Positions 38,526 to 47,491 of a DNA stretch of 64,000 nt are shown in pieces. The notes under the pieces were generated by a model that was not told the origin of the DNA, made no database searches, and saw only the letters and a list, made by a program, of their open reading frames with translations. The DNA is from an uncultured Sphingobacteriales bacterium (GTDB taxonomy: Bacteria > Bacteroidota > Bacteroidia > CAILMK01 > CAYYUA01): the NCBI GenBank assembly GCA_964549595.1, contig CAZJWK010000004.1:7153-71152 (forward strand), written 5' to 3'. The position numbers were made by a program, and so were the translations under genes. Position 1 is the stretch's first letter, and each line of letters starts with the position of its first letter.

Positions 38526-41207
38526 ATGAGAAAATTTCAGCAGGTTTTATGGTTTTTACCCATATTCATTATCGCTTTCACTTCTGAAAGTAAAGCAACG
38601 CATAATAGAGCTGGCGAAATCACATTTGAACACATTGAACGTTATACGTACGAAATAACCCTAATCACTTATACCAATCCCAATAGTCCCCCTGATAGAC
38701 CAACCTTGACGGTTGAATGGGGTGACGGTTCCAAAAGTGAGGTGAGCAGGGACCGGATTGACAAAAATATTGGTAAAAACAATCAGCATCCGGTTCAAAA
38801 AAATGTTTACAAAGGCAGGCACAGCTATGATGGTCCTGGCACTTACACCATTCGAATGCGCGACCAAAACCGGGTGAAAGATATCATTAACATGACCAAC
38901 TCGGTTAATACGGCTTTTTATGTGGAAACCAAACTTTCCATTTTCGCAAGCGGACTGGGGCATAATAATTCGCCCGTTTTGTTGCAGCCTCCTGTTGACT
39001 ACGCTCAAACTAACGAGGTTTATGTGCATTATCCCAACGCCTATGATGTGGACGGTGATAGCCTGGCTTATTCCCTGGTGCCTCCAAAGCGGGATTTCCA
39101 GGAAGAAGTAAATGGTTATTATGAGCCTTATGCCAAAAATAAATTTTCCATAGATTCAGTGACCGGCCGTTTAGAATGGGATTATCCGGATTCCACCGGC
39201 ATTTATAACATAGCCATTAAAGTTGAGGAGTTTCGCGAAGGGAATAAAATCGGTGAAGTGATTCGAGACATGCAAATAATCGTCACTGAAGGCAAAAACA
39301 AAAGGCCCAATATTGTAAAACCGGAATTCACCGATACCTGCGTAGAAGCCGGAGAAAATATTAATTTAAACGTTCCCATTAAAGCAGTGGATACCAATCC
39401 TAAACAAACTTATTTCCCCCCGCATGATGTGACACTTTCTGCGACAGGGGGTCCTTTTGAAGTCAAAAAAACGAAAGCTACATTTAAAGAAAATACGGAA
39501 AGCAACATTGTCAACAGCAATTTTTCATGGCAAATCAGTTGCAGCCATATCAGGAAATTCCCTTACAGAGTAGTCTTTAAAGCCAAAGATGACCATCCTG
39601 TGGCCCCTTTAGCAGACCTCCGGCATTTGGATATAAAAGTTATTGGCCCCGAACCTAAAAACCTTACCTCAGATCCTAAGCCTAAGGGCATTAAGCTTGA
39701 TTGGGATTTGCCAAGTTGTAAAAATGTAAGAGGCTTTAGAATTTACAGAAGGATTGATACCTCCTCCTGGAATCCAAGCTATTGTGAAAATGGTGTGCCA
39801 CCTTATACCGGCTTTAAGGAGATAAAAACATTACCCGGTAAGGATAAAACGTCCTTTTTTGACCAAAATGTAGTCCCCGGTGCAGTGTATTGCTATCGTG
39901 TAACCGGCCTGTACCGGAATGAAGGGAAGCACAAGTTAGTGGAAGGTTATGCCTCTAACGAAACCTGTGCCAGGTTAAAAAAGGATGTGCCCGTTATCAC
40001 GCATGTAGATGTCCGCAAAACCAGTGAAAACGAAGGCACAATTTTTATTGATTGGACCAAACCGGAAGAGGTGGATTCAAATACTTATGAACCCCCCTAC
40101 AAGTATGAAATTTATCATTCTACCAATTTAAGGGGCGGACCCTCCGAAAAAGTAAAAACGGTGGATAGTATTCCTTCTTACCAGGCATTGGTTAGCAATA
40201 CAGCCGATACCATCTTTTACGATTCTGCCCTTAATACCAAGAAAAATCCTTATTCTTACAACATTAAATTTTATGGGAGTTCAGACTCCAGTGAAGTCTT
40301 TATCGGGTCTTCGCGGGTCAATTCATCTGTTTACTTAAACATCCGGCCGGATCATAAATCACTGATCTTATCATGGAATGAAAATGTCCTTTGGAAAAAT
40401 CGGGAATACGTTATTTTCAGAAAACATTATGATTCCGGACAATATAGAATCTATGACACGACCAAGAAACAAAGGTATCCGGATACCAATCTGGTTAAGG
40501 ATTCCACTTATTGTTATTATGTAAAGTCTATTGGTGCCTTTACAGCCCCTGGTTTTCCGAAGCCCATCATAAACCATTCACAAAAATCCTGTGAGGAGCC
40601 AATAGATACTATAGCCCCCTGTCCGCCGGAAATAGATGGACAATCTGTTTGTAATATCAAAGAAAATCACCTTCAGTGGAATAAACCTTTCTGCGAAAAG
40701 GACAGCAGTGTGGTAGGTTACAAAGTTTATTTCAGAAACCATAAGGGAAAATCTTTTCAACTTTTGAGTGCTATTAATACCGGAGACAAAACCGATTACG
40801 AGGATCAGCGTGATACCCTTAATTACTCCCTGGCAGGCTGTTACGCGGTCAGCGCGGTGGACCCCTATGGCAATGAAAGCCGGTTAAGCAACTTTATTTG
40901 CGTTGACAATTGCCCGAGGTATAGGCTGCCCAATACCTTTACCCCTAATGGGGACGGAAAAAATGATTTTTTCAGGCCTTACCCGGACTGGCAGTTTGTG
41001 AAACGGATTAACCTGAAAATCTTCAATAGATGGGGAAACTTAGTCTATAAAACCTCAGATCCGGATTTCAAATGGGACGGAACCGATTATGAATCCGGGA
41101 AAAAACTGAGTCCGGGAACTTATTATTATGAAATCGAAATATTTCAAATCTATCTTGATGGACTTCAATCCGAATCCCAAAGTGGAACAATTAAAATGAT
41201 TCATTAA
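38526..41207 (+). CDS. T9SS type B C-terminal sorting domain protein (large secreted/cell-surface protein with Ig/FN3-like repeats)
   Basis: A signal peptide, then ATHNRAGEITFEHI at the mature N-terminus, about 750 aa of beta-rich repeats, and a C-terminal about 90 aa with CPRYRLPNTFTPNGDGKNDFFRPY...KIFNRWGNLVYKT. This matches the 'gliding motility-associated C-terminal domain' (type B CTD). Confidence 0.75.
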   Translation: MRKFQQVLWFLPIFIIAFTSESKATHNRAGEITFEHIERYTYEITLITYTNPNSPPDRPTLTVEWGDGSKSEVSRDRIDKNIGKNNQHPVQKNVYKGRHSYDGPGTYTIRMRDQNRVKDIINMTNSVNTAFYVETKLSIFASGLGHNNSPVLLQPPVDYAQTNEVYVHYPNAYDVDGDSLAYSLVPPKRDFQEEVNGYYEPYAKNKFSIDSVTGRLEWDYPDSTGIYNIAIKVEEFREGNKIGEVIRDMQIIVTEGKNKRPNIVKPEFTDTCVEAGENINLNVPIKAVDTNPKQTYFPPHDVTLSATGGPFEVKKTKATFKENTESNIVNSNFSWQISCSHIRKFPYRVVFKAKDDHPVAPLADLRHLDIKVIGPEPKNLTSDPKPKGIKLDWDLPSCKNVRGFRIYRRIDTSSWNPSYCENGVPPYTGFKEIKTLPGKDKTSFFDQNVVPGAVYCYRVTGLYRNEGKHKLVEGYASNETCARLKKDVPVITHVDVRKTSENEGTIFIDWTKPEEVDSNTYEPPYKYEIYHSTNLRGGPSEKVKTVDSIPSYQALVSNTADTIFYDSALNTKKNPYSYNIKFYGSSDSSEVFIGSSRVNSSVYLNIRPDHKSLILSWNENVLWKNREYVIFRKHYDSGQYRIYDTTKKQRYPDTNLVKDSTYCYYVKSIGAFTAPGFPKPIINHSQKSCEEPIDTIAPCPPEIDGQSVCNIKENHLQWNKPFCEKDSSVVGYKVYFRNHKGKSFQLLSAINTGDKTDYEDQRDTLNYSLAGCYAVSAVDPYGNESRLSNFICVDNCPRYRLPNTFTPNGDGKNDFFRPYPDWQFVKRINLKIFNRWGNLVYKTSDPDFKWDGTDYESGKKLSPGTYYYEIEIFQIYLDGLQSESQSGTIKMIH

Positions 41208-41216
41208 AAGAGGACC

Positions 41217-41828
41217 ATGTTCGGAGGTATTGTAGAAGGGCTGGGAAAGGTTCTGGCCGTTCGCGAAAACGGAACAAGCAAAATTTTTCAAATACAATCC
41301 CCTTTTAAAGAAAGCCTTGAAGCAGGCCAAAGTCTTGCTCATAACGGGGTTTGTTTAACAGTAGAAACTTACGAAAACAGGAAATACCAAATAAACGTCA
41401 TCAGGGAATCACTACTTAAAAGTAACCTTGATTCCTTAGAAACCGGCTCCTTAATCAATTTAGAAAGAAGCTTGACCCTGGGAAGTTACGTGGATGGTCA
41501 CCTGGTACAAGGGCATGTAGACGGAACAGGTCAATGTTTTGAAATCATTAACAATAACGGAAGTTGGGTTTTTGGTTTTGAATTTAATGCCAGGTTCGCC
41601 GGTCTGTTGGTAGAGAAGGGCGCTATAACCATAAACGGCGTTAGCCTTACGGCGCATGAAGTCGGCCAATCAGTCTTTTACGTCTCCATTATCCCCTACA
41701 CTTTCTACCACACCAATTTTCAATACCTCCAAAAAGGGGATTACGTTAACCTTGAGTTTGACCTGATCGGGAAATACGTGGAAAGGTTAGGTACTTTCAA
41801 CAATACACGGCCTCCGGAGGCCCAATAA
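41217..41828 (+). CDS. ribE: Riboflavin synthase (alpha subunit)
   Basis: MFGGIVEGLGKV and two lumazine-binding repeats (GQSLAHNGVCLTV / GAITINGVSLT). Confidence 0.85.
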   Translation: MFGGIVEGLGKVLAVRENGTSKIFQIQSPFKESLEAGQSLAHNGVCLTVETYENRKYQINVIRESLLKSNLDSLETGSLINLERSLTLGSYVDGHLVQGHVDGTGQCFEIINNNGSWVFGFEFNARFAGLLVEKGAITINGVSLTAHEVGQSVFYVSIIPYTFYHTNFQYLQKGDYVNLEFDLIGKYVERLGTFNNTRPPEAQ

Positions 41829-42848
41829 TCAAGAAATTTTACTTTTTACTTCGGAGTCCTGTTGTAATTTCTGCCATAACAATTCCTTTAACTCGGAAAT
41901 GCCATTTCCTTTCGCAGATGAAATAAAAATATACGGAATATCCGAGGGAAGGGCTTTCTCCAGCTGCTTTTTCAGTTCATCATCCAACAAATCAGCTTTG
42001 GTAATGGCCAAAACCTTTTTCTTATCCAATAAACCCGGATCATAGTGATTCAATTCATTGCATAAAGCCTGGTAATCCTCATTAATGGTCAGGGATTCAG
42101 CGGATATTAAAAACAATAAGATCGCATTCCGTTCTAAGTGCCTAAGAAACCTTGAACCCTTACCCCTTCCCTTGTGAGAACCTTCTATTAAACCTGGTAA
42201 ATCAGCCGCTACAAAAGAATTAAAATCCCCGTGAAAAACTACACCCAGATTCGGCGTGACAGTGGTAAAAGGATATGATGCTACCTCAGGCTTAGCCTCA
42301 GTAAGGACCGAAAGCAAAGTGGATTTCCCTGCATTGGGATAGCCAACAAAACCCACATCCGCTAATAACTTAAGTTCAAATATTTTCCAATTAATTTCTC
42401 CTTCGCCACCAAATTCAGCCATTTCAGGGGATTGGTTTGTTGAGTCCTTAAAGTGGTGATTACCTCGTCCACCTTCACCCCCATGGGCCACCACAAGAGT
42501 ATCTGAATCTTTATAGAGCTCACCCAAATATTTCTCGGAATCAGCTTCTTTTACGACAGTACCAAGGGGCACGTCTAAATAAAGGTCTTCCCCTTGTTTG
42601 CCGGACTGGTTTTTAATGCCTCCATTTTCTCCATTCCCTGCTACTACATGTTTACGGTATCGCAAATGAAGCAATGTCCAATATTGGCTATTACCTCTTA
42701 AAATGACATGGCCTCCCCTGCCACCATCACCCCCATCAGGTCCCCCTTTAGGCACATACTTTTCCCGGTGAAAATGGGAAATTCCATTTCCGCCATCCCC
42801 GGCTCGACAGCAAACCCGAACATGATCGATAAAATTATGCTGAACCAT
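41829..42848 (-). CDS. obg: GTPase Obg
   Basis: An Obg fold with glycine-rich repeats (AGDGGNGISHF, GGPDGGDGGRGG) and G-domain motifs GYPNAGKST and DLPGLIEGA. Confidence 0.9.
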   Translation of the reverse strand: MVQHNFIDHVRVCCRAGDGGNGISHFHREKYVPKGGPDGGDGGRGGHVILRGNSQYWTLLHLRYRKHVVAGNGENGGIKNQSGKQGEDLYLDVPLGTVVKEADSEKYLGELYKDSDTLVVAHGGEGGRGNHHFKDSTNQSPEMAEFGGEGEINWKIFELKLLADVGFVGYPNAGKSTLLSVLTEAKPEVASYPFTTVTPNLGVVFHGDFNSFVAADLPGLIEGSHKGRGKGSRFLRHLERNAILLFLISAESLTINEDYQALCNELNHYDPGLLDKKKVLAITKADLLDDELKKQLEKALPSDIPYIFISSAKGNGISELKELLWQKLQQDSEVKSKIS

Positions 42849-42882
42849 TCCTCCAATTTAAACCCAGAGCGAGTATTATTAC

Positions 42883-43470
42883 TTAAGCTTTTTTCTCCTT
42901 TAATTGGTTAATAACCGCCTTAATCCTTTCAAAGATCTCTTCAATTTCTCCTACACCTTTTACTGGAAAAAATTTCCCCTGGTCTTCATAATACTCGGCT
43001 AAAGGTGCTGTTTTTTCTTCATATTCCTGAATTCGGTTTCGGATAACATTTTCATCGGTGTCATCACTTCTTCCGGAGGATTTTCCCCTTTCCATCAAGC
43101 GCTTAACAAGCTCATCTTCCGGAACCTGTAAAGCAATCAGCCCGTCTACGTTAATTCCGTACCTTTCCATCAATTTGTCCAAAGCCTCGGCTTGAGCCTT
43201 GGTCCTTGGAAAACCATCAAAAATGAATCCCTTCGCATCTTGATGGGCCTGTAATTGCTGCTCGATCATGCCGACCACGACTTCATCGGGGACCAATTTT
43301 CCCTCATCAATCAGAGATTTTGCCTTAAGGCCAAGCTGAGTCCCCTCCGAAATTTCTTTCCTCAATAGATCGCCTGTAGCCAGGTGCACCAGGTTAAAGG
43401 CTTCAATCATTTTTTCTGATTGGGTACCTTTCCCGGCTCCGGGTGGGCCGAATAAAACGATGTTTAGCAT
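42883..43470 (-). CDS. adk: Adenylate kinase
   Basis: The P-loop GPPGAGKGTQ, GDLLR and the LID/NMP regions. Confidence 0.9.
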   Translation of the reverse strand: MLNIVLFGPPGAGKGTQSEKMIEAFNLVHLATGDLLRKEISEGTQLGLKAKSLIDEGKLVPDEVVVGMIEQQLQAHQDAKGFIFDGFPRTKAQAEALDKLMERYGINVDGLIALQVPEDELVKRLMERGKSSGRSDDTDENVIRNRIQEYEEKTAPLAEYYEDQGKFFPVKGVGEIEEIFERIKAVINQLKEKKA

Positions 43471-43471
43471 C

Positions 43472-44014
43472 TTAGTGAGCTTTTTGTTTGTAAATACTTT
43501 TAAGATTCCTTCCTAATTGATCATAATCCAACCCGTAACCCACAATAAAAAAATTTGGGATTTCAAAACCCACATAATCAGGCTCGAGGGGTTCTACCAA
43601 AGCCTCTCTTTTAAAAGTTAAGGTGGCTACGTGTATGCTAAAAGGGTTATAACGGCTTATATCAGCTTTGAGTTTATTAATGGTTTTACCTGTATCCACA
43701 ATGTCCTCCAAAATAATAATGGGCCTGTTTTCTACGGAGTGATTAAAACCAATAAGGGTTTTTACCTGGCCCGTTGAATGCATGGCTTCATAGGAAGAAA
43801 CTTTCACAAATTCAATTTCACAGAAAAAGTCAAGGGAGCGGATCAAATCTGCGGCAAAGAGGAAAGAACCGTTCAGGATACTTACAAAAACCGGATTTTT
43901 ATCTGAAAAATCTTTATTTAATTGATCAGCTAAGGCTTTAACCTGCTTCTGTATTTGATCTTCATCCAGGTACAACTGGAAAACCTTGTCGTGTAGCGTG
44001 ACCTCCTTAACCAT
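43472..44014 (-). CDS. hpt: Hypoxanthine phosphoribosyltransferase
   Basis: The PRPP-binding motif ILEDIVDTGKT in a protein of about 180 aa. Confidence 0.85.
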   Translation of the reverse strand: MVKEVTLHDKVFQLYLDEDQIQKQVKALADQLNKDFSDKNPVFVSILNGSFLFAADLIRSLDFFCEIEFVKVSSYEAMHSTGQVKTLIGFNHSVENRPIIILEDIVDTGKTINKLKADISRYNPFSIHVATLTFKREALVEPLEPDYVGFEIPNFFIVGYGLDYDQLGRNLKSIYKQKAH

Positions 44015-44122
44015 AAAGCCTAATTTCTAAACATTAAAAGTAATTAACAGTGACAAAGTGTAAATAACGCAGGCAAGTTTAACTGAAAAAATTGAGTGGT
44101 TTTATTAAAGGAAGATAAAAGC

Positions 44123-45439
44123 TCACAATTTCTGAGTGAGATTATTAGCCCGTTTTTGCATTAACTCTTCAATTTCCTCTGCCTCTATGGGAATATGAGC
44201 CATCAAATCATACGGTTCATTTTCAGTAACCATTAAATCATTTTCGATCCTCACCCCAATTCCTTCTTCGTGAATGTAAATACCAGGTTCACAAGTAAAA
44301 ACCATGCCTGGCTCTATCACCTTGTTGCGATCAGGGACATCATGGACATCCAATCCCATATGGTGAGAAACGCCATGAGGAAAATACCTTTTGTAAGGGG
44401 GATTATGATTTTTTCCAACATTAATCTGGTCACGGCTTAATACGTTTAGCTTAACCAATTCCTCTTCTACAAGTCCGGCCACCTCTTCTTGGTATTCTTT
44501 CAGCTTAATACCGGGCTTCAATTTTGACCTGGCTTGATTAAAAACCCTTAGGACAGCATTATACACTTCTTTTTGCCTGGCCGTGAATTGACCGTTTACT
44601 GGAATAACCCTGGACATGTCCGAGGCATAATTTCCGTAGGTAGCCCCGAAGTCAAAAAGGATTGAATCCCCATCATGGCAACGATGGTCATTGGTGATGT
44701 AATGAAGTACACAAGCATTTTTACCGGAGGCCACAATGGGATCATAGGAATGCCCTTCGGACCCGTTTCTAATAAATTCATGGGTAATTTCGGCTTCGAT
44801 CTCATATTCCCAAACCCCCGGTTCAACAAACCCTAAAACCCTTTCAAAGGCGGATTTGGTAATATCGCAGGCTTTCTGGATATACTGAATTTCGATATCC
44901 TTTTTGACCCGGCGAAGGTCCTTCATAATAGGCGCTGAACGCTCCAGGTGATGACCTGGGTAATCACTCTGAATTGTCCTGGCAAAGCGTAAATCCTTAT
45001 AGGGCACATCGGATTTATACCGGTCATGCTCATTAAGATTGACGTAACAACATTCTGCATTGTTCATCAATAGAGGGAAAATATTGTCAAAATCCTCTAA
45101 CCAAAAAACAGTCTGGATCCCGGAGATTTCGGTCGCCTTTTCTTTGGTCAGCTTCTCACCTTCCCAGGTAGCAATAACTTCATCTGTTTTTCGAAGGAAT
45201 AGCATTTCCCGGTTCTGCTCCGATGGATGATCAGGAAACAGGACCAAAATGCTTTCTTCCTGATCAATACCGGAAAGGTAAAACAGGTCTGAATTTTGTC
45301 GGAAGGGATATACCTGATCGGCTGTTTTGGGCATCAGGTCATTAGATTGAAAAACAGCTAAAGCGTTGGGCTTTAATTGACTTGAAAACCTTTTACGGTT
45401 ATCAACAAAAAAATCGGTAGGAAATTGTCGGTAGCGCAT
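44123..45439 (-). CDS. Xaa-Pro aminopeptidase (M24B family)
   Basis: An N-terminal AMP_N-like domain and an M24 core with metal ligands (DFGATYGNYASDMSR, HGVSHHMGLDVHD, EPGIYI). Confidence 0.8.
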   Translation of the reverse strand: MRYRQFPTDFFVDNRKRFSSQLKPNALAVFQSNDLMPKTADQVYPFRQNSDLFYLSGIDQEESILVLFPDHPSEQNREMLFLRKTDEVIATWEGEKLTKEKATEISGIQTVFWLEDFDNIFPLLMNNAECCYVNLNEHDRYKSDVPYKDLRFARTIQSDYPGHHLERSAPIMKDLRRVKKDIEIQYIQKACDITKSAFERVLGFVEPGVWEYEIEAEITHEFIRNGSEGHSYDPIVASGKNACVLHYITNDHRCHDGDSILFDFGATYGNYASDMSRVIPVNGQFTARQKEVYNAVLRVFNQARSKLKPGIKLKEYQEEVAGLVEEELVKLNVLSRDQINVGKNHNPPYKRYFPHGVSHHMGLDVHDVPDRNKVIEPGMVFTCEPGIYIHEEGIGVRIENDLMVTENEPYDLMAHIPIEAEEIEELMQKRANNLTQKL

Positions 45440-45491
45440 AGCACTTTTTTAATTTCAAAACAAGCTCCCCCATTGGTTTAATTTAAATAGG

Positions 45492-46886
45492 TCATTTATT
45501 GACCATTTCCCCGGGTTTAACCCAATTATCGAACTGTGCCTCCGTAAGCATCCCCAACTCAACGGAAGCTTCTTTAAGGGTTTTCCCTTCATTATAGGCT
45601 TTTTTAGCAATTTTGGCTGCATTATCATACCCTATATGGGTATTCAAAGCCGTTACAAGCATCAACGAATTGTCAAGATGCATTTGAATTCTTTCATGAT
45701 TCGGCTCAATACCCCTGGCACATCTTTCTTCAAAAGCCTTACAGGCATCCCCTATTAACCGTGCGGAGTTCAGCACGTTAAAGGCGATCATAGGCTTGAA
45801 CACATTCAATTCAAATTGCCCACTCATTCCTCCGGTATTAACAGCCACATCATTACCCAAAACCTGAGCACTAACCATAGTCAGCGCCTCCGGCTGGGTT
45901 GGATTTACTTTGCCGGGCATAATGGATGAACCGGGCTCATTAGCTGGAATCACTACCTCTCCGATACCACATCGTGGGCCTGAGGCCAGCATCCGTATAT
46001 CATTACCGATTTTCATTAAGCTTGTGGCTACCCTTTTCAATGCCCCTGAGAGTTCTACCATTGCATCATGGGCTGCCAAAGCTTCAAATTTGTTCCCGGC
46101 TGTTCTAAAGGGCAGGCCGGTAAACTCAGCAATTTTCTCGGCCACTTTAATGTCGTAATTCTCGGGGCTATTCAACCCCGTTCCCACAGCGGTACCCCCC
46201 AACGCAATTTCTGAAACGGATTTTAATGCTTCATTAACAGCTTGAATACCATGATCCAATTGAGTGACATAACCTGAAAATTCCTGCCCCAGGGTTAAAG
46301 GGGTGGCATCCATGAAGTGGGTGCGTCCAATTTTTACCACATTTTCAAAATCACTGGACTTTTTGGCAAGCGTGTCCTTTAGCTGCTCCAGACCCGGCAA
46401 TGTCCGGTTTATTACCAATTGATAAGCAGCAATGTGCATGGCGGTTGGAAAGGTATCATTGGAAGACTGGGATTTATTGACATCATCATTGGGATGAAGC
46501 ACCTTGTCTGAATCTTCCAGGCTTCCCCCGTTCAACACATGACCCCGATTAGCCACTACTTCATTAACATTCATGTTGGATTGGGTTCCGGACCCTGTTT
46601 GCCAAACTACTAAGGGAAATTGATCATCAAGTTCCCCCCTTAAAATTTCATCACAAACCTGTTCAATAAGCTTAGCTTTATTGGACTCAAGCACGCCAAG
46701 CTCCTTATTGGTCAAAGCAGCAGCCTTTTTAAGAATGGCAAAGCCCTTAATAATGTCAGATGGCATTTTATCACCGGCATCACCAATCGGAAAATTATGA
46801 TATGACCGTTGGGTTTGGGCTCCCCAATACCGAGCCGAAGGGACCTGAACTTCACCTAAACTGTCACTTTCCTTCCGGTAATCCAT
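45492..46886 (-). CDS. fumC: Class II fumarate hydratase
   Basis: The signature [13 protein letters not shown] and an N-terminus [21 protein letters not shown]. Confidence 0.9.
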   Translation of the reverse strand: MDYRKESDSLGEVQVPSARYWGAQTQRSYHNFPIGDAGDKMPSDIIKGFAILKKAAALTNKELGVLESNKAKLIEQVCDEILRGELDDQFPLVVWQTGSGTQSNMNVNEVVANRGHVLNGGSLEDSDKVLHPNDDVNKSQSSNDTFPTAMHIAAYQLVINRTLPGLEQLKDTLAKKSSDFENVVKIGRTHFMDATPLTLGQEFSGYVTQLDHGIQAVNEALKSVSEIALGGTAVGTGLNSPENYDIKVAEKIAEFTGLPFRTAGNKFEALAAHDAMVELSGALKRVATSLMKIGNDIRMLASGPRCGIGEVVIPANEPGSSIMPGKVNPTQPEALTMVSAQVLGNDVAVNTGGMSGQFELNVFKPMIAFNVLNSARLIGDACKAFEERCARGIEPNHERIQMHLDNSLMLVTALNTHIGYDNAAKIAKKAYNEGKTLKEASVELGMLTEAQFDNWVKPGEMVNK

Positions 46887-46928
46887 TTGTTTGGCTTTGC
46901 CTTGTGAAGTTTGTTATTACTTACTTAT

Positions 46929-47477
46929 TTAATTTGCCGCAGTAGCACTCCGTCTGGATTTGGGCTTTTTATACACCGGAACGGTAGAACAGGGTTCACC
47001 ATACATAATACTTGTCACATAAGGTTGAAGCATTTGGGTGAGGTGCACAAATGCGCCATTCGGAATGGTTTTATCCCCACAACCTTTTATGACAATCTTT
47101 CCTTCATTATAGTACTCCGGGTCAATGTTTTGCTCTAAGTTATCCTTAAAAATCTGATTGAGAGCGGCATCGGCATTGCCAAAATAAACAGCCTCGGCAT
47201 AAGGAGAAACCTTAGAAGCCACGGTCATAAAAGCCCAGACAGGGACAATGGCATCATTGGAGCAAAAAACATGAACCAGTTCCCCTTCATACTGACTCCA
47301 ATCATGGTTCTTAACAGCCTCTTTAAAATCTTTTTCTTTTAAAATTAATCCCTGATAAAGCCAATCTTTTAAATCAAAGGGTTTTAAATTTTTTTCAGGA
47401 GCATATTCCCCGAGATCAATGGTGGTAAGGGGGCTCTTTTCTACTTTATTTTTTATCGCTTCTGCCATATTTACCAA
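46929..47477 (-). CDS. Conserved hypothetical protein (possibly DUF2480-like)
   Basis: A 182-aa soluble protein with no recognisable catalytic motif. The family label comes from memory of Flavobacteriia neighbourhoods and has not been checked against a database. Confidence 0.35.
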   Translation of the reverse strand: MVNMAEAIKNKVEKSPLTTIDLGEYAPEKNLKPFDLKDWLYQGLILKEKDFKEAVKNHDWSQYEGELVHVFCSNDAIVPVWAFMTVASKVSPYAEAVYFGNADAALNQIFKDNLEQNIDPEYYNEGKIVIKGCGDKTIPNGAFVHLTQMLQPYVTSIMYGEPCSTVPVYKKPKSRRSATAAN

Positions 47478-47491
47478 ACTTTTTGATTCAA

